In this document: piece after piece, positions 59,786 through 64,000 of the stretch | How the letters are laid out: each line of letters begins with the position of its first letter | Numbering within the stretch: the stretch's first letter is position 1 | NCBI GenBank assembly: GCA_963836205.1 | Contig: CAWIIV010000013.1 | Coordinates: forward strand, 1 to 64,000 | Length of the DNA: 64,000 nt | Origin: an uncultured Acidimicrobiia bacterium | Lineage (GTDB): Bacteria > Actinomycetota > Acidimicrobiia > Acidimicrobiales > AC-14 | Reading direction: 5' to 3' | The notes under the pieces: model-generated | The model's input: the letters and a program-made list of their open reading frames with translations, nothing else | Databases searched by the model: none | Told to the model about the DNA's origin: nothing | Translations under genes and position numbers: made by a program

Positions 59786-59888
59786 TCACCTCGCTCGGCC
59801 GCCTCCGGCGGCGGCCACCAACCAACACACGGCGGCCGCCGCCGCCATCCTCCAACCCGTACGACGCCTTGGCTGCGTCGCGCCAGGC

Positions 59889-61166
59889 TCAGAAGCCAAA
59901 GTTGGAGCCGCAGCTCCCCAGTCCGTAGGCGTCCCACTTGGCGTCGGCGGCCGTCGTCAGGGTGGTCAGCTCCCGGTCGAGGGCGTCGAGGCGGTCGAAG
60001 TCCTCGTCGCCAGCGGCGTCCTCGAACTCCCGGCTCTTGGCCTGCACCTTGTCCTGGGCGGTGAACAGCTCGGCCAGCGTGGCATCGTCGCCCGGCGGCA
60101 CGGGCAGGGCCTTGATGTCGGCCACCAGCTGGTCGAACACGCCGTTGGCGTGGCCGATGAAGGCGACGAAGGCGGCGTCGTCCTCGAAGTCGACCTCGAC
60201 GTCGTAGATGTCGTCGGCCGCCCGCCGGCAGAGAACGTCGGCCTGGGCGACGAAGCCGGCCTTCATGACCGACTGCGTGCCGCCGTAGACGGCGTCGACG
60301 CCGGTCTGCATCCCGATGGAGCAGGCGGCGAAGCCGGTGGTGGTCGCCTTGGTGCGCGCCTCGCCGGCGGCGGACGACATGTCCTTGGTGGCGGCGACGG
60401 TGGCGGCGTCGTCCTGGCGCCCGGCCGCGTCCTGGATCCGCTTGGCCGCCGCGCTGGCGCCCTCGAGGGACGTGTAGACGGCGGCGACCTCGGTCTTGGC
60501 CGACCCGCCGGGCTGCTTCAGCGCCCGCAGCTGGCCCAGCTGGGAGTCGATGGTGGTGGTCAGGGTCCCGGCCGCGGTGGCCAGCTCGGGGTAGCTGGTG
60601 GGCTTGACGATGGTCGCGATGGGGCCGTTGGCGGGCCGGCAGAGGTCGTCGGCCTTGGACACGAACTCGGCCCGGGAGGGGGCGCCGCCCTTGGTGACGA
60701 GCAGCACGCCGCCGGCGCCGGCACCACCCACGACCAGGACGCCCGCGACGATGGCGGCGATCATGCCGCCGCCCATCTTCCGCCTGGACGGGCTCGGGGC
60801 GTAGGGGCTGTACCCGGGCGACGAGGGTGCCGGCCGGCTGGGCGGCGGGGGCGGGGGCGACGCTGGCGTGTAGGCCCGGGGGGATGGGCGGAAGCTGTCG
60901 ACCTCGTCGTCCCAGTCCCGGGGGGGCGGGGAGGGCGGCGGGGCGTAGGCCCGGGCTGCGGGCGCGGCCGTGCGGGCCGGGGCCACCGTGGGGGCGGCGG
61001 TGACGCCGGACACCCGGCGGAACTTGGAGACCGGCGCCTCCTCGGCAGGGGCCTCGTCGATCGGGGCAGTGGCGGCGGTGCCGTTGGCCTCCGTCCCGTC
61101 GCCCCGCCGTTCAGCGGCGTGCTTCAGGATCCACGGCACGGACTCGTTGGTCGGGTCGTCCGACAT
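59889..61166 (-). CDS. Membrane protein: Pro-rich cytoplasmic N-terminus, TM helix, two repeated helical domains
   Basis: EFVSKADDLC...L..P...GFAAC and FVAQADVLC...L..PP...YGLGSC duplication. Confidence 0.65.
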   Translation of the reverse strand: MSDDPTNESVPWILKHAAERRGDGTEANGTAATAPIDEAPAEEAPVSKFRRVSGVTAAPTVAPARTAAPAARAYAPPPSPPPRDWDDEVDSFRPSPRAYTPASPPPPPPSRPAPSSPGYSPYAPSPSRRKMGGGMIAAIVAGVLVVGGAGAGGVLLVTKGGAPSRAEFVSKADDLCRPANGPIATIVKPTSYPELATAAGTLTTTIDSQLGQLRALKQPGGSAKTEVAAVYTSLEGASAAAKRIQDAAGRQDDAATVAATKDMSSAAGEARTKATTTGFAACSIGMQTGVDAVYGGTQSVMKAGFVAQADVLCRRAADDIYDVEVDFEDDAAFVAFIGHANGVFDQLVADIKALPVPPGDDATLAELFTAQDKVQAKSREFEDAAGDEDFDRLDALDRELTTLTTAADAKWDAYGLGSCGSNFGF

Positions 61167-61327
61167 CGGGGTTCCTCCTCGCGGTTGTCAGCCTTCGCCG
61201 GACAACCTTCATCGCCGCCGTATGGACCGTCTGTCGGCTCTCACCTACCAGTATCGGGTGGGTCAGAGGCCGACTTGAGCGGCACGTGCCGTTCGATGTC
61301 GGCCCGGGGGCTAGAACTGTGCCTGGT

Positions 61328-62011
61328 ATGCCCAAGGGAAAGCGGCGCCGGACGATCACGGTCGACCCCATCGTCACCGAGGTGCTCGGCGACGACGACG
61401 AGGTCCTGTCGGCGGCCGTCAACGAAGTCCTCCAGAACGAGGTCGAGCGGCGGCAGCGGGCGGCCGCCCTGGCCCGGCTGCTCCGGATCCTCACCGCCGA
61501 GCGGGGACCGGTCGACTCGGCCGACGTGGAGGAGTTCCGTCGCATCGGCGAGGTCAGCGCCGTCGTCCTCGACTCGGAAGCGGTGGCGGCCCTGGCCCGG
61601 GGGGGTGACCAGGAGCGTACGGTGCGGGCCGCCCTCACCGCCGCGTCGGAGACGTCCACCCAGGTGGTCGTGCCCGCGGCCGCCCTGGCCGAGCTCTACC
61701 GGGGTGTCGCCGGCGACCAGGCCGTCGACGCCTGCCTGGGGGCGGAGGGCGGGATCGCGGTCATCCCCACCGATCGCCCGCTCGCCCGCCGTATCGGCAA
61801 GATCCTGGCCGATGCCGGCCGGGCCACCGAGGACCACGCCGACGGGAGCGTGGTGGCGGTCTGCGCCGCCGCCGGCGGTGGCCTGATTCTCACCGGCGAC
61901 CCCCGGAAGGTCACCGAGCTGTGCGGACGCACGCCCAGCATCGTCGTGCGGGGCATCGGCACCAAGTGGCGGCCGGCCCTGTTCGGCAGCACCGCCAGTC
62001 CCCCGGGCTGA
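61328..62011 (+). CDS. Apparent antitoxin-PIN (VapB-VapC-like) fusion protein
   Basis: N-terminal RRTITVD...LSAAVNEVL (RHH-like) read in frame into PIN motifs VVLDSEA, LAELYRG, DHADG, LTGD. Confidence 0.65.
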   Translation: MPKGKRRRTITVDPIVTEVLGDDDEVLSAAVNEVLQNEVERRQRAAALARLLRILTAERGPVDSADVEEFRRIGEVSAVVLDSEAVAALARGGDQERTVRAALTAASETSTQVVVPAAALAELYRGVAGDQAVDACLGAEGGIAVIPTDRPLARRIGKILADAGRATEDHADGSVVAVCAAAGGGLILTGDPRKVTELCGRTPSIVVRGIGTKWRPALFGSTASPPG

Positions 62012-62020
62012 CGCGCAGGG

Positions 62021-62941
62021 CTAGCCCTTCACCGCCCCCATGGTGAAGCCGGCGACGAACCGCTTCAGGAAGGCGTTGAACACGAGGGCGATGGGCACCG
62101 CCACCAGGATGGTGGCCGCCTGGAGCGACTGCCAGAAGAACACGTCGCCCCGCACCAGCTCGGTGGGCACCCCCACCGCGATGGTCTTCTGGCTGGTCCG
62201 GGACACGAAGGCCAGGGCATAGATGAACTCGCTGGCCGCCAGGGTGGCGGAGAACACGACCACCGCGACGATCCCCGGGAACGACAGGGGCAGCACGGTA
62301 CGCACGAACGCCCCCAGCCGGCTGTAGCCGTCGACCATGGCCTGCTCCTCCATGTCGCGGGGGATCGACTTGAAGAAGCCGATGAGCAGCCACACCGACA
62401 CCGGGATGGTGATGGTGGGGTACACGACCACCAGCGCCCACCGGGAGTCTTGGAGGCCCAGCTGCGACACCACCCGTGACAGGGAGATGAACAGCAGCGA
62501 CGGCGGGATCAGGTAGACGAAGAAGATGGCGATGCCCATCGCCCCACCCCACCGCAGGTTGAGCCGGGCCAGGCTGTAGGCGGCCGGGATGCTGGCGGCG
62601 AGGGTGATGGCCACCACCAGTACCGCCACCAGCAGCGTGTTTGAGACGAACGTCCCGAACGGCGTGTCGTTCAGGAGGAGGCGGACGTGCTCGAACGTGG
62701 GCGGGAAGTTGAACAGGAACGGGTTGTTGTCGCGGCTGTACAGGTCCTGGTTGGCCTTGAACGAGGTGATCGCTCCCCATACGAATGGGAAGGCGGCGAA
62801 CAGGGTGAGGAGGACGACGATGGCATACAGCCCCACCCGGCCCCAGCGCCGCCGCCGCTCGTACCGCCCCGCCAACTGGTGACGTTTTTGGTGGTCAGGA
62901 CCACCAAAAACGTCACCAGTTGCGGGGGTGGGGGTCGTCAC
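62021..62941 (-). CDS. Carbohydrate ABC transporter permease
   Basis: FFKSIPRDMEEQAMVDG EAA loop, FVAGFTMGAVKG; GTGA coupling. Confidence 0.92.
   Translation of the reverse strand: MTTPTPATGDVFGGPDHQKRHQLAGRYERRRRWGRVGLYAIVVLLTLFAAFPFVWGAITSFKANQDLYSRDNNPFLFNFPPTFEHVRLLLNDTPFGTFVSNTLLVAVLVVAITLAASIPAAYSLARLNLRWGGAMGIAIFFVYLIPPSLLFISLSRVVSQLGLQDSRWALVVVYPTITIPVSVWLLIGFFKSIPRDMEEQAMVDGYSRLGAFVRTVLPLSFPGIVAVVVFSATLAASEFIYALAFVSRTSQKTIAVGVPTELVRGDVFFWQSLQAATILVAVPIALVFNAFLKRFVAGFTMGAVKG
62874..62921. repeat. 48-bp near-perfect palindrome, family B copy 2, inside the permease CDS
   Basis: AACTGGTGACGTTTTTGGTGGT-CAGG-ACCACCAAAAACGTCACCAGTT. Confidence 0.85.
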
Positions 62942-63864
62942 ATCGTCTCCATGCGGCGGACGGCGCGCAGGATGAGCACGGCCATGGCCACCAGGACGGG
63001 GAGCAGGAAGAGGGCCACCGCCGCCCCCTGGGCCAGGTCGCCGCCGGTGATGCCCCGGAAGAAGGCCCAGGTGGGGAGGGTCTGGGTGGCGTCGATGGGC
63101 CCGCCCCTCGTCAGCACGTAGACCACGCTCAGGTCGGTGAAGACGAGGATGGCCCCGAAGAGGGTCGCCACCGCCATCACCGGCGCGGTCAGGGGGATGG
63201 TGACCTGGAACAGCTTGCGCCAGAACCCGGCCCCGTCCACCTCGGCCGCGTCGTTGATGTCCTGGGGGATGGACATGAGCCCGGCGCTGATGATCACCGC
63301 GGCCAGGGGGACGATCCGCCACACCTGCACCGCGATCACGGACACCATGGCCAGGGTGTCGTTGCCCAGCCAGTGGAGGTTGCCCTCCAGCAGCCCCAGC
63401 CAGCGCAGAGTCCAGTCGATGGGGCTGAACAGGGAGTCGAGCAGCCACAGCCAGGCGATGGTGGCCAGCGAGACGGGCGTCGTCCACGGCAGGAGCACCA
63501 GGAACCGCACCAGCCACTTGCCCCGGAAGTCCTTGACCAGGACGAGGGCCATGACCTTGCCCAGGATCAGGACCAGGACCATGGTGACGACGGTGATGAA
63601 CAGGCTGTTGCGCAGCGCCTTGAGGAACACGGGGTCGTCGAGGACGGCCCGGAAGTTGCGCAGGCCCACGTAGTCGAAGCTGGGGTCGCCGACGGTGACG
63701 TCGCTCAGGCTGTAGCCGATGGCCAGGAAGAACGGGACGGCCACCAGGGCCAGGATGTAGACGACCGCCGGCAGGAGCAGGATCGGGCCGAGCAGCCCCT
63801 CCCGATCGAGCAGGTACCGAGGCCGCCGTTCCCTGGGCTCGGCGGCCACCTCGGGCGCGGTCAC
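62938..63864 (-). CDS. Carbohydrate ABC transporter permease
   Basis: YVGLRNF, LLPW, SIPQDINDAAEVDGA, LTRGGP. Confidence 0.92.
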   Translation of the reverse strand: MTAPEVAAEPRERRPRYLLDREGLLGPILLLPAVVYILALVAVPFFLAIGYSLSDVTVGDPSFDYVGLRNFRAVLDDPVFLKALRNSLFITVVTMVLVLILGKVMALVLVKDFRGKWLVRFLVLLPWTTPVSLATIAWLWLLDSLFSPIDWTLRWLGLLEGNLHWLGNDTLAMVSVIAVQVWRIVPLAAVIISAGLMSIPQDINDAAEVDGAGFWRKLFQVTIPLTAPVMAVATLFGAILVFTDLSVVYVLTRGGPIDATQTLPTWAFFRGITGGDLAQGAAVALFLLPVLVAMAVLILRAVRRMETM

Positions 63865-64000
63865 AGGCGGCGCCGCGCCATCCGCAGGCCCGTCGCCTTG
63901 TCGAAGAAGCGCAGGTCGGCGCCCCGGACGACGAAGTCCGACGTCTCGCCCGCCGGGACCGGCACCGACACGTTGGCCGGCAGCAGGGCGATGGCCCGGG
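63861..64000 (-). CDS. Sugar ABC ATPase, C-terminal end (partial)
   Basis: ...ADLRFFDKATGLR..* typical MalK/TOBE terminus, GTGA-coupled to the permease. Confidence 0.6.
   Translation of the reverse strand, partial: RAIALLPANVSVPVPAGETSDFVVRGADLRFFDKATGLRMARRRL

Noticed and set aside
61186-61320. Further TGTC(A/G)G PafBC-like motifs upstream of the TA fusion
   Set aside because: Spacing to a TANNNT element does not fit in any of the three occurrences
1-64000. tRNA, rRNA or tmRNA genes
   Set aside because: No cloverleaf/T-loop signatures or rRNA-like segments recognised by eye; a tRNAscan/Infernal run would be needed to exclude them fully

Overview
Very high-GC actinobacterial chromosome segment, most likely Acidimicrobiia (inferred from gene content and order). 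The housekeeping backbone is leuS(3' end)-comEA-comEC-lsr2-folP-holA/rpsT-lepA, hrcA-dnaJ-rsmE, hit-phoH-ybeY-CBS/CNNM-era, arfB, rpsO-pnp-M16 peptidase-dapB, plus three ABC transporter clusters. Less ordinary elements: (1) a stand-alone type VI secretion tube gene (hcp/tssD), not seen as a whole gene in the ORF track because an ISL3 element with an 8-bp target duplication splits it; (2) a complete group II intron sitting inside the AT^G start codon of a probably leaderless hit-phoH-ybeY-era operon, whose own 3' end rebuilds that ATG; (3) a Tad/Flp pilus operon ending in a miniaturised pseudokinase and a LysM protein, bracketed by a BldD orthologue with an intact c-di-GMP motif and a BldC/Xis-like HTH gene; (4) a PafBC/RecA-NDp-like promoter before comEA-comEC; (5) an apparently fused antitoxin-PIN (VapBC) gene, an unusual RelE-like pair and decayed TOPRIM/PLD defence-type fragments; (6) two families of ~48-49-bp palindromic repeats, one copy lying in frame inside a CDS. 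Several single-base frameshifts between ~20 and ~39 kb suggest long-read consensus errors, so fusions and pseudogenes need read-level checks. I recognised no rRNA, tRNA or CRISPR array. All family calls come from motif recognition, not database searches.
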